From assembly GCA_003577355.1 (NCBI GenBank), contig QEUZ01000001.1:1-51818 (forward strand): DNA of 51,818 nucleotides, given 5' to 3'. This document shows, one piece after another, positions 26,255-35,871 of the stretch. Each line of letters begins with the position of its first letter. Position 1 is the first letter of the stretch. The DNA comes from Chloroflexota bacterium. Lineage in GTDB: Bacteria > Chloroflexota > Chloroflexia > Thermomicrobiales > CFX8. The position numbers were made by a program, and so were the translations under genes. The notes beneath the pieces are model-generated. The model saw only the letters and a list, made by a program, of their open reading frames with translations, was not told the origin of the DNA and did not search any database.

Positions 26255-27715
26255 ATGTCGACTGAGGCGGTTGATACGACCTATTCCCCCGAAGAGCTGC
26301 TGCGGCTGCTGCGCAACTCGACCTTGTTCGGCGACTTGGCGGAAGCCGACATGCTGCAGTTACTGGCTGAATCGAACATGCGCCACGTGCCAGACGGGGG
26401 GACACTCATCGAAGAAGGCGCGCCGGCAACCGGCATCTACGTTGTCGTCAACGGGGAGCTGGAGGTGCTGCGTAAGGCTGGCGATACCGATGTGCCGATG
26501 GCGGTGCGTGGCAAGGGGGAAGTTATCGGCGAGATGTCGTTGCTGGATGGCGCGCGTCGCAACGCCAGTGTGCGCGCTCGAACACCAGCAACGGTGCTCT
26601 CGATCCCCCGCTCCGCGCTGGAGGAGACCGTGCTGGACAACCCCGAAGCGCTGCTCACCGTGCTGCGCACGGTCGTCTCCCGGTTGCTGAGCGCCGAGGC
26701 GCACCTGGTGCAGCACCAGAAAATGGCGGCACTTGGCACAATGGCCGCTGGGCTGGCCCACGAGCTGAACAACCCGGCTGGGGCGCTGCAACGCAGTGCC
26801 GGGCAATTGCGCGACGCGATTGCCGGCTGGGAGCCGCTGGCACGCGAGCTGGGAGCTGCCGTCTCGGACGACCCCGACGGGCGTATCGACGACATTCGCA
26901 AACAGCTCGCCGAGCGCGGCAGGGAAATGGTCTGGCTCGACCCACTGGAGCGGAGCGACCGCGAGCAGGAGCTGCAAGCCTGGCTGGAACAGTTCGGCCT
27001 GACTGATGCCTGGAAGATCGCGCCACAGCTCGTCGATGGTGGTTGGGGCGTCGCCAGCCTGCAACGTGCCGTTGGCGAAGCGTCGCCGGCCGATGCTGGC
27101 GTCATCCTGCGCTGGCTGGCCGAAGGGCAGACGGTGTTCAGCTTGCTGCAGGAGGTGACCAACGCCGCCAAGGCAATCTCCGAGATTGTGACGGCGGTTA
27201 AGGCCTATACCCGGCTCGACCAGGCGCCGATCCAGGACGTGGACATACATGAGGGACTCGACATCGTGCTCTCGCTCATGCGCCACAAGCTGCGCGGTGT
27301 CACGGTGCTGCGGGAATACGCCTCCGGGCTTCCGCGGGTAACCGCCAACGCTACTGAGCTGAACCAGGTCTGGACGAACCTGATCGATAACGCACTCGAT
27401 GCGATGGAAGCCGGCGCACTGTCCGCAGGTACAGGGCAAACCAAGCGCGTCCTGACCCTTCGGACGGCGTTCGATGCTGATGGCGAGGCTATTCTGGTCG
27501 ATGTGATCGACTCTGGTCCGGGGATCCCGCCCGAGGTATGCAAGCGGATCTACGAGCCATTTTTCACAACGAAGCCGCCGGGCCAGGGAGTGGGGCTTGG
27601 GCTGAGCATTACCTACTCGATCATCCGGCGCCACGGCGGGACCATCCAGGTCGAATCGCAACCGGGTCGGACGGCCTTTACCGTCACGATCCCCATACGA
27701 GGCGAGGTCACATGA
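26255..27715 (+). CDS. Cyclic-nucleotide-binding-domain sensor histidine kinase
   Basis: N-terminal cNMP-binding fold (..GIYVVVNGELEVLRK...GEVIGEMSLLDGARRNASVRA..). H-box AAGLAHELNNPAG, N-box WTNLIDNALDA, G-boxes DSGPGI and GQGVGLGLS. Confidence 0.9.
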   Translation: MSTEAVDTTYSPEELLRLLRNSTLFGDLAEADMLQLLAESNMRHVPDGGTLIEEGAPATGIYVVVNGELEVLRKAGDTDVPMAVRGKGEVIGEMSLLDGARRNASVRARTPATVLSIPRSALEETVLDNPEALLTVLRTVVSRLLSAEAHLVQHQKMAALGTMAAGLAHELNNPAGALQRSAGQLRDAIAGWEPLARELGAAVSDDPDGRIDDIRKQLAERGREMVWLDPLERSDREQELQAWLEQFGLTDAWKIAPQLVDGGWGVASLQRAVGEASPADAGVILRWLAEGQTVFSLLQEVTNAAKAISEIVTAVKAYTRLDQAPIQDVDIHEGLDIVLSLMRHKLRGVTVLREYASGLPRVTANATELNQVWTNLIDNALDAMEAGALSAGTGQTKRVLTLRTAFDADGEAILVDVIDSGPGIPPEVCKRIYEPFFTTKPPGQGVGLGLSITYSIIRRHGGTIQVESQPGRTAFTVTIPIRGEVT

Positions 27716-30700
27716 GCGCCACAATCACCCGCACGACAGCAGCAGCAGCAGCAAGCGCGAACCTGCGTACCCGTGAACCCCGCCGCGGGATGGATGAGCG
27801 ACGCATCGTGACGGTGCTGTTCTGCGATGTCGTGCGCTCGTCGTATCTGGCGGAGCAGCTCGGCCCGGAGGACTGGGCCGATGTGATGCAAGAGGCGTTT
27901 GAGCGGCTGATCGAACCAGTGGAGCGGTACGACGGCTCGATCGGCCGGCTGATGGGCGACGCCATCCTGGCGTTTTTCGGCGCGCCGAACGCACATGAGG
28001 ATGACCCCCAGCGGGCGATCATGGCCGGGCTGGCGATACTCGACGCGATCCAGCCGTTGCGCGACCGTGTACTGCGGACCTGGGGCCTGGACTTCAACGT
28101 GCGTATCGGCATCAACACCGGCGTGCTCGTCGTGGGCGACTTCGGCTCGCGCGACTGGTTCGAGTACACCGCCATGGGAGACGCGATCAACCTGGCGGCC
28201 AAGATCCAGCAGGCAGGCCAGGGTGGCAGGGTGCATGTCGCGACGGCCACCTACCGGCTCACTGAACCACTGTTTGCGTTTGAGCCAGCAGGCGAGATTG
28301 AGATCGGTGGCGCAGGACGACGTGAAGCAGTCTACCGGGTCGTAGGCCAATTGGATGTCGCTGGCAAGCTGTGGGATGTCGCTGGCATGGGCGCGCCGCT
28401 AGTTGGGCGTGAGGCAGAGCTCGACATCCTGCGGCAGGCATTCGACCGGCTCTCGGAAGGGCAGGGCGGGATCATCTTCCTGGTCGGCGAAGCAGGGCTG
28501 GGCAAGAGCCGGCTACTGGACGAGCTGCGGCGCTACCGTGAAGCATCCGGCAAGCAAGGTGAGATCGGCTGGGTCGAAAACCGGCTCATCTCGTACGAGG
28601 CATCGCTGCCCTATGGCGCACTGCAATCGCGCTTCCGCAAATCGTTCGGCATTCAGCGTCATGACTCTCCGGAGGTCGTGCACACCAAGCTGAACCAGGT
28701 GCTGGCGCCATTCCCTGCCGACATCCGCGCGCGCGCAGTGACAGTCGTCGAGCGGGCGCTGTCGATCGGTGGGGATGGTCTCTTACCTGCGCCGTCCCCG
28801 GCGGAAGCGGAACGGGCGGGACAGGAGTTCCGCCGCGAGCTCTACAGCGTTGCGCTGCACCTGCTGCGTGGCTGGAACGGCGGCGGCCCGCTCGTCTTCG
28901 TCAGCGACGATCAACACTGGAGCGACGCACCGTCGGCCGATGTGCTGCTGCATGCCATGCAGCTTGTTGAGAGCATGCCGATCCTGTTTGTCTGTGCGCT
29001 GCGGCCGGAAACGCATCGCCCGGTCTGGAGCATGAAGGAAACGGCGCAAGCGCGTTACCCAGACCGGACCACCGAGATCCGCCTGCGCCCGCTGGAGTCG
29101 CAGGATAGTGCGCGGTTGATCGACGCGTTTCTGGGCGGCGGCGATGCGCCTGCCGAGTTGCGGCGGAGAATACTGGAGCGCGCGGAAGGTAACCCGCTGT
29201 TTGTTGAGGAGATGGTCCGTTCGCTCATCGACCGGGGATTGCTGGAAGCGTGCGGCGACGACGAAGGACTGTGCTGGAAGCCAGTTGCTGGCGCGGACCT
29301 GAGTAGCGTCGTCATTCCCGACAGCTTGCAAGGGTTGTTCCAGGAGCGGGTCGATCGGCTCGACCCGGTCGCGCGACAGGTGCTGCAGCAGGCCGCCGTC
29401 GTGGGGAGGACGTTCTACAAGATCGTGCTGGCAGAGCTCACTGACCCCAGCGTATCGCTGGACGATGTGCTGGAGACATTGAGCCGCGCCGACCTGATCC
29501 GAGAATCGAGCCAGGCCCCCGAACAGGAGTTCGCGTTCCGGCACCCACTCATTCTTGAGACGGTGTACCAGGCGATACCACGTCGCCGACGGCAGGAGTT
29601 CCACCTGCGGGTTGGGGAGGTGATCGAGCGCCTGTTTGCAACGCGACTGGACGAACGTGCTGGACGGATCGGCCACCACTACTACGAGGCGGCCGACCCA
29701 CGTGCTGTGGATTGGCTTGTGCGGGCGGCGGAGCAGGCCCAGCGCGTCTACGAGCCGAACGCTGTGCTGGAGGTGCTGCGGCGTGCTGAAGAGCTCGCAA
29801 CCAGGTTGAGCCTGCCAATGCCACCAGCGGCGTGTCTCCTGCGGGGGCACGCTCATGAGCTGACCGGCGACTATGATGCGGCCCGCGAGGACTTCCAGCA
29901 CGCGCTGGAAGTCGCGCGTGCTTCTGCGGATGCGCGCGCGGAGTGGGAAGCGTTGATCGGGCTGGGACTCGCCTGGTCAGAACGGGACTACCCGCGAGCG
30001 GGGCAACTGTTCCAACAGGCGCTCGCGCTGGCCCGCTCCATTGGCGACGATACCCTGCTAGCACGCAGCCTGAACCGGCTGGGGAACTGGTACTCAAACC
30101 TCGAGCAGCCTGACAAGGGGATTGAGGTCCACAGCGAAGCGCTGGAGATCTTCCACCGCGTTGGCAGCGAGGCTGGCACGTCGGAGACACTCGACCTGCT
30201 CGGTATCGCGCGCTTCCTGGCCGGTGACCTGCGCGCCAGCGCCGAGGTGTACGATGATGCGATCGCCCTATTCTCGCGCCTGGGAGACCGGCGTGGGCTG
30301 GCTTCCAGCCTGGCCATGCGGGTGCTGGCGACGGGTAGCGAGCAGAGCCTGACTGTTGACCCACGTAACGTCGCGCTGGACGACCTCGTGCGCGATGGTG
30401 AACGCGCGCTGGACCTGACGCGCGATATTCGCTGGCAAGCTGCTGAAGCGTTTACCAACTTCTGCCTGGCGTCGGCGCTGCACGTGCGCGGCGAGTTCAG
30501 CAAGGCGCTCACGTTCGGGGTCGAAGGGTTGCAAATTGCCGAGAGCATCGAACATCGCCAGTGGACCCTGGCAAGCAATGTCGCAATCGCTGCGGTCGAG
30601 TTCGACCTCGGCATGGCCTCGGCAGCCCGACAACGCTACGAATATGCGCTCGCGATCGCGCATGAGATCGGTTCAGTGCATTGGCGTCGTTCGGTCAGCG

Positions 30701-31203
30701 CGTTGCTCGCTTCAGTACTGATCGCCCAGGGCGCCTACGAAGACGCCCGACGTATGCTCGATTCCGTCGTCAGCGATAGCGCAGCGCCGACATCGTTGGC
30801 ACAGCGCGAAGGTTGCTATCATCGCGCCGTGTTGCGCCTCGCCACAGGTCAACCGCAGGCCGCACTGGATATCCTGGACCAGTTGGTCGATCTCACCCCT
30901 GGCAGCGAACGGCGACCGTCGGCACATGTGGGGTATCTGCGTGGACGGGCACTGACGGCGCTCGGTCGCGTGGACGAAGCCGAAGCTGCACTGCTCGCGG
31001 CGCGTCGTCGCGCCGAGTCCTTGGGGTTCCGCCCACTCTCCCTTGAAATTGAGCTGGCTCTTGCAGAGCTCTACACCCGGGTTGGGAGAGCTGCCGAGGC
31101 GGAGGATCCCAAGGCGCGTGCTGACGTCTGGCGCGCTGCTCTGGCTGCGGCCATCGATGATCCACAACTGCGCGCGCAATTTGTGGGTGTGGCCCTCGGG
31201 TGA
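27712..31203 (+). CDS. Class III adenylate/guanylate cyclase fused to P-loop NTPase and TPR repeats
   Basis: Start at ATG 27712 overlaps the kinase stop (ATGA). Cyclase motifs VTVLFCDVVRSS, GRLMGDAILAFFGAP, RIGINTGVLVVGD, YTAMGDAINLAAKIQ. Walker A VGEAGLGKSRLL. Long TPR-like C-terminus. The track ORF start at 27538 lies inside the kinase gene. Confidence 0.9.
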   Translation: MSATITRTTAAAAASANLRTREPRRGMDERRIVTVLFCDVVRSSYLAEQLGPEDWADVMQEAFERLIEPVERYDGSIGRLMGDAILAFFGAPNAHEDDPQRAIMAGLAILDAIQPLRDRVLRTWGLDFNVRIGINTGVLVVGDFGSRDWFEYTAMGDAINLAAKIQQAGQGGRVHVATATYRLTEPLFAFEPAGEIEIGGAGRREAVYRVVGQLDVAGKLWDVAGMGAPLVGREAELDILRQAFDRLSEGQGGIIFLVGEAGLGKSRLLDELRRYREASGKQGEIGWVENRLISYEASLPYGALQSRFRKSFGIQRHDSPEVVHTKLNQVLAPFPADIRARAVTVVERALSIGGDGLLPAPSPAEAERAGQEFRRELYSVALHLLRGWNGGGPLVFVSDDQHWSDAPSADVLLHAMQLVESMPILFVCALRPETHRPVWSMKETAQARYPDRTTEIRLRPLESQDSARLIDAFLGGGDAPAELRRRILERAEGNPLFVEEMVRSLIDRGLLEACGDDEGLCWKPVAGADLSSVVIPDSLQGLFQERVDRLDPVARQVLQQAAVVGRTFYKIVLAELTDPSVSLDDVLETLSRADLIRESSQAPEQEFAFRHPLILETVYQAIPRRRRQEFHLRVGEVIERLFATRLDERAGRIGHHYYEAADPRAVDWLVRAAEQAQRVYEPNAVLEVLRRAEELATRLSLPMPPAACLLRGHAHELTGDYDAAREDFQHALEVARASADARAEWEALIGLGLAWSERDYPRAGQLFQQALALARSIGDDTLLARSLNRLGNWYSNLEQPDKGIEVHSEALEIFHRVGSEAGTSETLDLLGIARFLAGDLRASAEVYDDAIALFSRLGDRRGLASSLAMRVLATGSEQSLTVDPRNVALDDLVRDGERALDLTRDIRWQAAEAFTNFCLASALHVRGEFSKALTFGVEGLQIAESIEHRQWTLASNVAIAAVEFDLGMASAARQRYEYALAIAHEIGSVHWRRSVSALLASVLIAQGAYEDARRMLDSVVSDSAAPTSLAQREGCYHRAVLRLATGQPQAALDILDQLVDLTPGSERRPSAHVGYLRGRALTALGRVDEAEAALLAARRRAESLGFRPLSLEIELALAELYTRVGRAAEAEDPKARADVWRAALAAAIDDPQLRAQFVGVALG

Positions 31204-31300
31204 GGGCTGACAGGCCCAGGTGCACGCCGGTAGCCACTCCATTGTTGTTTTGCGATGATCGCTGCAGCGACACGCCGGTTGTGAGCAGAGGATCGAGCAA

Positions 31301-31753
31301 ATGGCGATCGAGTTTCAGACCGAGGCGCAGCAAGCGGTCTATCAAAAGATTCGGCCCTGGTTTCAAGAGCTTTTCGGCACGTTTGCATCGTTCAGCGAGG
31401 AGCGGCCAACCTGCTTCGTGCTGGTGGGTTCGGCTTGGACAAACACGACGGTTATCCCCTGGGGTGATGACGACGCGACGATCTGCACCCGCGCCTGGCT
31501 GGTGACGGGAGCGGAGCTGAGTGCCGACCTGCTGCTGTATCTCCTACGCGAGAACGCAGATATGCGCTTTGGCGCATTCAGTATCGACGCTGACGACGAC
31601 ATCCTGTTCGAGCACACGATTGTTGGCTCGACGTGTGACAAGGACGAGCTGCGTTCGTCAGTGTTGGCCGTTGCCCAAACTGCCGATGCCTATGATGACG
31701 AGATCGTTGCCCGCTTTGGCGGAACGCGGATGATCGACCGGCAGAGCGGGTAG
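31301..31753 (+). CDS. YbjN-like domain protein (putative sensory-transduction/chaperone-like fold)
   Basis: ..LLLYLLRENADMRFGAFSIDADDDILFEHTIVGSTCDKDELRSSVLAVAQTADAYDDEIVARFGG.. matches the pattern I associate with YbjN-domain proteins. Confidence 0.65.
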   Translation: MAIEFQTEAQQAVYQKIRPWFQELFGTFASFSEERPTCFVLVGSAWTNTTVIPWGDDDATICTRAWLVTGAELSADLLLYLLRENADMRFGAFSIDADDDILFEHTIVGSTCDKDELRSSVLAVAQTADAYDDEIVARFGGTRMIDRQSG

Positions 31754-31913
31754 GCTGGAGCACGGCGCACCTTCCGGTACAGCTCGGGAACGTGCGCATT
31801 GATGCCGTCGCTCTGGGCATGGAATGCATGGTGCGCAGCGCGCGTTGCAGGCGTGCAGAGACCCACCGTCGGTGAGAAACGTCACGCGCAATAGATCTTT
31901 CGACAATAGATAC

Positions 31914-31938
31914 GCACAGATTTTGTGCAATTTGCACA
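31914..31938. promoter_or_regulatory. Phased GCACA / TGTGC / GCACA motifs including the perfect palindrome TGTGCAA-t-TTGCACA
   Basis: GCACA (31914..31918), TGTGC (31924..31928) and GCACA (31934..31938) at 10-nt phasing. They lie 20-45 nt upstream of the predicted -35 of the ABC operon. Confidence 0.45.
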
Positions 31939-31957
31939 GTGGATGGCGACGAAGTGC

Positions 31958-31986
31958 TTGACGCTCACCCATCCGCGCTTTACGAT
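31958..31986 (+). promoter_or_regulatory. Sigma-70-type promoter of the ABC importer operon
   Basis: TTGACG-N17-TACGAT in an AT-richer patch, about 100 nt upstream of the GTG start at 32086. Confidence 0.55.
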
Positions 31987-32085
31987 GCCTCCAAGTCGTA
32001 ACCATATGGAGAGCGGAGAGAGTGACGGGGCGGCCGGCCGTAGCCGGCGCACCGGCCTATTCTCCACAGATCAGAGGAGGAGCGC

Positions 32086-33807
32086 GTGGCGAAGACTGGG
32101 CGTCAGCTCGCTGACGAGAACTATGCTCGTTGGCAAATGTTTTACAAGAAGGGATTGATCAGCCGGCGCACGATGCTGAAGGCCGCCATGGTCTGGGCCG
32201 GAGCTGGCACAGTCGGAAGCGTGCTCGCCGCATGCGGTGGGGATGACGACGACGATTCGCCAGGCGCCGTGCCAACCGCAACGACGGCGGGCGCTGCGCC
32301 AACCGCGACTACGGCGCAAGCAGCTCCGACGAACACACCGGCCGCCCCGGCGATGGGTGGCACGCTACGGGTGGCGTTGGCCGAGAGCGACCTGCCAACG
32401 ATGGACCCGCACATGCACAACCTGCGCACGGGGATCATCACCTTCTACCACATGTTCGACAACCTTGGCGTACGTAACCAGGAAACCCTGGTGATCGAAC
32501 CATGGCTGGCCGAGAGCTGGGAGGTGGTTGAACCAACGCGCTGGCGCATGAAGCTGCGCGAGGGCGTCAAGTTCCATGACGGTAGCGATTTCACCGGCGC
32601 GACCGTGAAATGGAACTGGGAGCGCATTACCAACCCCGAGCAGAAGAGCCCGCAGATGGCGAACCAGGCAGCGGTTGCCGGGGTGGAGCTGATCGACGAT
32701 TACACGATCGATGTCATTACCCATAACCCGTACCCGATCTTCACTGAGCGGCTCCAGAACTTCCAGATGATCTCCGAGAAGGTTGCCGAGAAAGGTGACG
32801 AGTTCCTTGCGGAGAACCCAATCGGCACTGGCCCCTACAAGTTCGTTGAATGGAAAAAGGGCCAGGAAATCGTCATGACCGCCAATACCGAGTATTGGAA
32901 CCCGGACGTGACGATGGCGTACACCGACGTCATCCTGCGGATCATCCCCGGTGTTCCGACCCAGTTGGCCGAGCTACTGGCCGAAACGGTCGACATCATC
33001 CGTGTCGTGCCGTTCGACCAGATGCAGGCGGTTACCAACTCAGGGGTTGCAACCCCTAAGGTGCAGCCGATCCTGCGGGTCCAGTTCGTGCGGCTGGATG
33101 CGAAGGGACGCGGCACCCCGGACAACCCGTTCACCGACGTGCGGGTGCGCAACGCCGCCAACCATGCGCTGGACATCGATACCTACATCGAGACATTGCA
33201 GGCCGGTGGCGACCGCACCCCGGCCATGGTGAACCCGAAGCACTTTGGGTTTGACCCGACGATCGAACCACATACATACGACCCGGACCTCGCCAAGCAA
33301 TTGTTGGCGGAGGCTGGCTATGCCGACGGGTTTACCGTGAAGTGGATGACCGGTGCATCGCTGATGCCGAACGCCACCCAGGTGGAGCAGGCAATGCAGC
33401 GAGACCTGGCGGCGGTAGGCATCAACACCGAGCTGAACTATCTCAGTGACGGGAACCTGTTCACGACCTTGCACAACGAGGGCAAGGGCGACCCGATGAT
33501 GAGCTACTCCTGGGGTTCGTACTCGGTGTTCGACACGGACGGCATCTACTGGGACATGTTCCACAGTGACTCGATCTTCAGCTACTACAACAACCCCGAA
33601 TTTGATGCGTTGATCGAAGAAGCGCGCGGGATCATGGACTCCGAGAAACGCAAGGAGCTCTACTCGCAGGCACAGCGCATCATCCGCGATGAAGCGCCGG
33701 TCCTGTTCATGTGGGGCTTGCACACTGTGTGGGGTGTGAGCAACAAGGTGGACTGGAGCCCAGCGCCAGACGAAATCGACCGCTACTTCTGGGCCAAGCC
33801 GGCCTAA
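32086..33807 (+). CDS. ABC transporter substrate-binding lipoprotein, peptide/nickel (family 5) type
   Basis: AGAGGAGG 5 nt upstream of the GTG. Twin-arginine-like SRRTMLKAAMV plus lipobox VLAAC. Family-5 SBP sequence throughout. Confidence 0.92.
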   Translation: MAKTGRQLADENYARWQMFYKKGLISRRTMLKAAMVWAGAGTVGSVLAACGGDDDDDSPGAVPTATTAGAAPTATTAQAAPTNTPAAPAMGGTLRVALAESDLPTMDPHMHNLRTGIITFYHMFDNLGVRNQETLVIEPWLAESWEVVEPTRWRMKLREGVKFHDGSDFTGATVKWNWERITNPEQKSPQMANQAAVAGVELIDDYTIDVITHNPYPIFTERLQNFQMISEKVAEKGDEFLAENPIGTGPYKFVEWKKGQEIVMTANTEYWNPDVTMAYTDVILRIIPGVPTQLAELLAETVDIIRVVPFDQMQAVTNSGVATPKVQPILRVQFVRLDAKGRGTPDNPFTDVRVRNAANHALDIDTYIETLQAGGDRTPAMVNPKHFGFDPTIEPHTYDPDLAKQLLAEAGYADGFTVKWMTGASLMPNATQVEQAMQRDLAAVGINTELNYLSDGNLFTTLHNEGKGDPMMSYSWGSYSVFDTDGIYWDMFHSDSIFSYYNNPEFDALIEEARGIMDSEKRKELYSQAQRIIRDEAPVLFMWGLHTVWGVSNKVDWSPAPDEIDRYFWAKPA

Positions 33808-33821
33808 GTCTCAGCAGGCCC

Positions 33822-33852
33822 GCGGGGCGCTCGACACAGGAGAGCGCCCCGC
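33822..33852 (+). other. Intercistronic stem-loop after the SBP gene
   Basis: GCGGGGCGCTC-9 nt-GAGCGCCCCGC, perfect 11-bp stem with no U-tract. This is the usual position for a transcript-stabilising or attenuating hairpin in ABC operons. Confidence 0.5.
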
Positions 33853-33907
33853 TCCTGGGTGCGGAGCGAGCCGGGCGAGCGCCACCGGCTTGAAGGAGGC
33901 GTGGCCG

Positions 33908-34837
33908 TTGGGTGCCTATGTCGTCAACCGACTGATTCAGATGTTTGTCGTCATCGTCGGGATCTCGGTGATCGTGTTTGTGATTACGAACATGATCGGC
34001 GACCCGGTGAATGTCCTGCTGCCGCCGGAAACGCCGTACGAACAGCGCGAGATCTTCCGAGAGCAGATGGGGTTCAATCGTCCGTTGGTCGTGCAGTATC
34101 TCGACTTCGCGGTCGATGCCGTGCGCGGCGACTTCGGCAATTCCTTCCGGACCGCGCGGCCGGCGACGACGATCGTCCTCGAACGTATGCCTGCCACATT
34201 GTTGCTGACGGTTTCGGCAACCCTCGTCGCAACGCTGATCGCGATCCCCATGGGGATTATCTCGGCGTACAAGCGGCATTCGATCTGGGACAACCTGACA
34301 ACGATTTTTGTCGTCACTGGCCAGGCGATGCCGATTTTCTGGCTGGGGTTATTGTTGATCATTATCTTCGGTGTGAACCTGAAGTGGTTGCCGCCCTCCG
34401 GCTACGGCGACTTCGGCATCGAACGTTTGAAGCACCTGATCCTGCCGATGGCGGTGCTGGGTTTCTTCCTGGCGCCGGTAACGGAGCGTCTCGTGCGTTC
34501 TGGCATGCTCGACGCACTCTCCCAGGATTACGTGCGCACGGCCCGCGCCAAAGGATTATCCGAGCGGATCGTCCTCTTTCGGCATGCGTTGCGAAATACG
34601 ATCATTCCGGTCATCACCGTGCTGGGGTTGCAGTTCGGACAGTTGCTGGGTGGCGCGGTGATTACCGAGAGCGTGTTCGCCTGGCCGGGGGTCGGGTTAT
34701 TGGCGATCGATTCCATCCGCAATTCTGATTTCCCGGTGACGCAAGCGGTCGTGGTGATCCTCGCCGTGCTCATCTCATTCGTGAACCTGTCCGTCGATCT
34801 GATCGTCGGAGTTCTGGACCCGCGCATACGGCGCTAA
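33908..34837 (+). CDS. ABC transporter permease (DppB/OppB-like)
   Basis: Typical N-terminus (M)GAYVVNRLIQMFVVIVGISVIVF and EAA-loop region ..YVRTARAKGLSERIVLFRHALRN... TTG at 33908 has GAAGGAGG 8 nt upstream. The track uses TTG 33890. Confidence 0.9.
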   Translation: MGAYVVNRLIQMFVVIVGISVIVFVITNMIGDPVNVLLPPETPYEQREIFREQMGFNRPLVVQYLDFAVDAVRGDFGNSFRTARPATTIVLERMPATLLLTVSATLVATLIAIPMGIISAYKRHSIWDNLTTIFVVTGQAMPIFWLGLLLIIIFGVNLKWLPPSGYGDFGIERLKHLILPMAVLGFFLAPVTERLVRSGMLDALSQDYVRTARAKGLSERIVLFRHALRNTIIPVITVLGLQFGQLLGGAVITESVFAWPGVGLLAIDSIRNSDFPVTQAVVVILAVLISFVNLSVDLIVGVLDPRIRR

Positions 34838-34893
34838 CCGCACCCTGATGGGCAGTCGGGGTGTGCTGCCGGCCCCAAGGAGGATTGAGATCG

Positions 34894-35829
34894 ATGGCGA
34901 GTGTTGGCACCTCTACTCCGGAGACGACAGCGACCCTGTTCTCTCCGAACCGCGTGCGACGGCGCACCCTGCGTGGTGTGCTTGCAGCCGCCTGGAAGCT
35001 ACGTCTATCGGTGGCGGGTGCGACCGTCCTGATACTCCTGATCTTGATGGCGATCTTTGCCCCGCTCTTGACCCCCTACACCACCAATGAAGGCTCGATC
35101 CGCAACCGGTTACAACCGCCGGTTTGGCAAGAGGGAGGCACCTGGAGCCACCCGCTCGGTACCGACGGGATCGGCCGTGACTACGCGACCCGGTTGCTGT
35201 ACGGAGCGCGCGTCGCTCTGGCGGTCGGGCTGTTGGCCACCCTGATCTCCGGCGTCATCGGCGTCTTTTTTGGAGTCATCGCGGGCTACTTTGGCGGGAA
35301 GATCGATACGCTCATCTCAACGCTTGTGAATATTATGTTGACGTTCCCGTTCATCCTGCTCGCCTTGTGCATCATTGCCGTGCTGGGATCGAGCTTCACG
35401 AACGTCGTGTTCGTGTTGGGCATTGGCGCTTGGCCGATCTACACGCGGGTGATGAAGTTCGAGGTCGAGCGCATCAAGTCGCTGGAGTACATGTCTGCGG
35501 CGCGGGTTATCGGGCTGCGGAACTCGCGCATGATCTGGCGGCATGTCATGCCGAACCTGGTCAACACGATTATCGTGCTCGGCACCGTGCAGGTGGCGCG
35601 CCTGATCATTGCCGAGGCATTCCTCAGCTATCTTGGCTTGGGTATTCAGCCGCCAACTCCGACCTGGGGCCAGATGCTGCAGGAGTCGATCGCATTCTCG
35701 TTTACCTGGAGCGACATTTGGCTGCCAACCTTACCGGGCCTGGCGATCTTTATCACAACACTCTCGATCAATTTCGTCGGTGATGGTTTGCGTGACCTCA
35801 TTGACCCGCGGGAACGTGCTGTGCTGTAG
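34894..35829 (+). CDS. ABC transporter permease (DppC/OppC-like)
   Basis: ATG 34894 has AAGGAGG 9 nt upstream. ..LGTDGIGRDYATRLLYGARV.. and ..EYMSAARVIGLRNSRMIWRHVMPN.. motifs. Confidence 0.92.
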   Translation: MASVGTSTPETTATLFSPNRVRRRTLRGVLAAAWKLRLSVAGATVLILLILMAIFAPLLTPYTTNEGSIRNRLQPPVWQEGGTWSHPLGTDGIGRDYATRLLYGARVALAVGLLATLISGVIGVFFGVIAGYFGGKIDTLISTLVNIMLTFPFILLALCIIAVLGSSFTNVVFVLGIGAWPIYTRVMKFEVERIKSLEYMSAARVIGLRNSRMIWRHVMPNLVNTIIVLGTVQVARLIIAEAFLSYLGLGIQPPTPTWGQMLQESIAFSFTWSDIWLPTLPGLAIFITTLSINFVGDGLRDLIDPRERAVL

Positions 35830-35871
35830 CGCACTACCGCTCAGGAATCTCGAGACAGTGCCGATCTGGGC

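Noticed and set aside
24979-29901. Long antisense ORFs across the signalling cassette (24979..25896, 26360..27724, 26437..27171, 27613..28350, 28783..29901)
   Set aside because: All lie opposite genes with complete receiver, kinase or cyclase motifs. Their products are Arg/Gln/Pro-rich with no recognisable domains.
31924-31938. CRP/FNR-type site call for TGTGCAATTTGCACA
   Set aside because: The spacing is TGTGC-N5-GCACA rather than TGTGA-N6-TCACA, and no CRP-family gene lies in the window. It is kept only as an unassigned palindrome.
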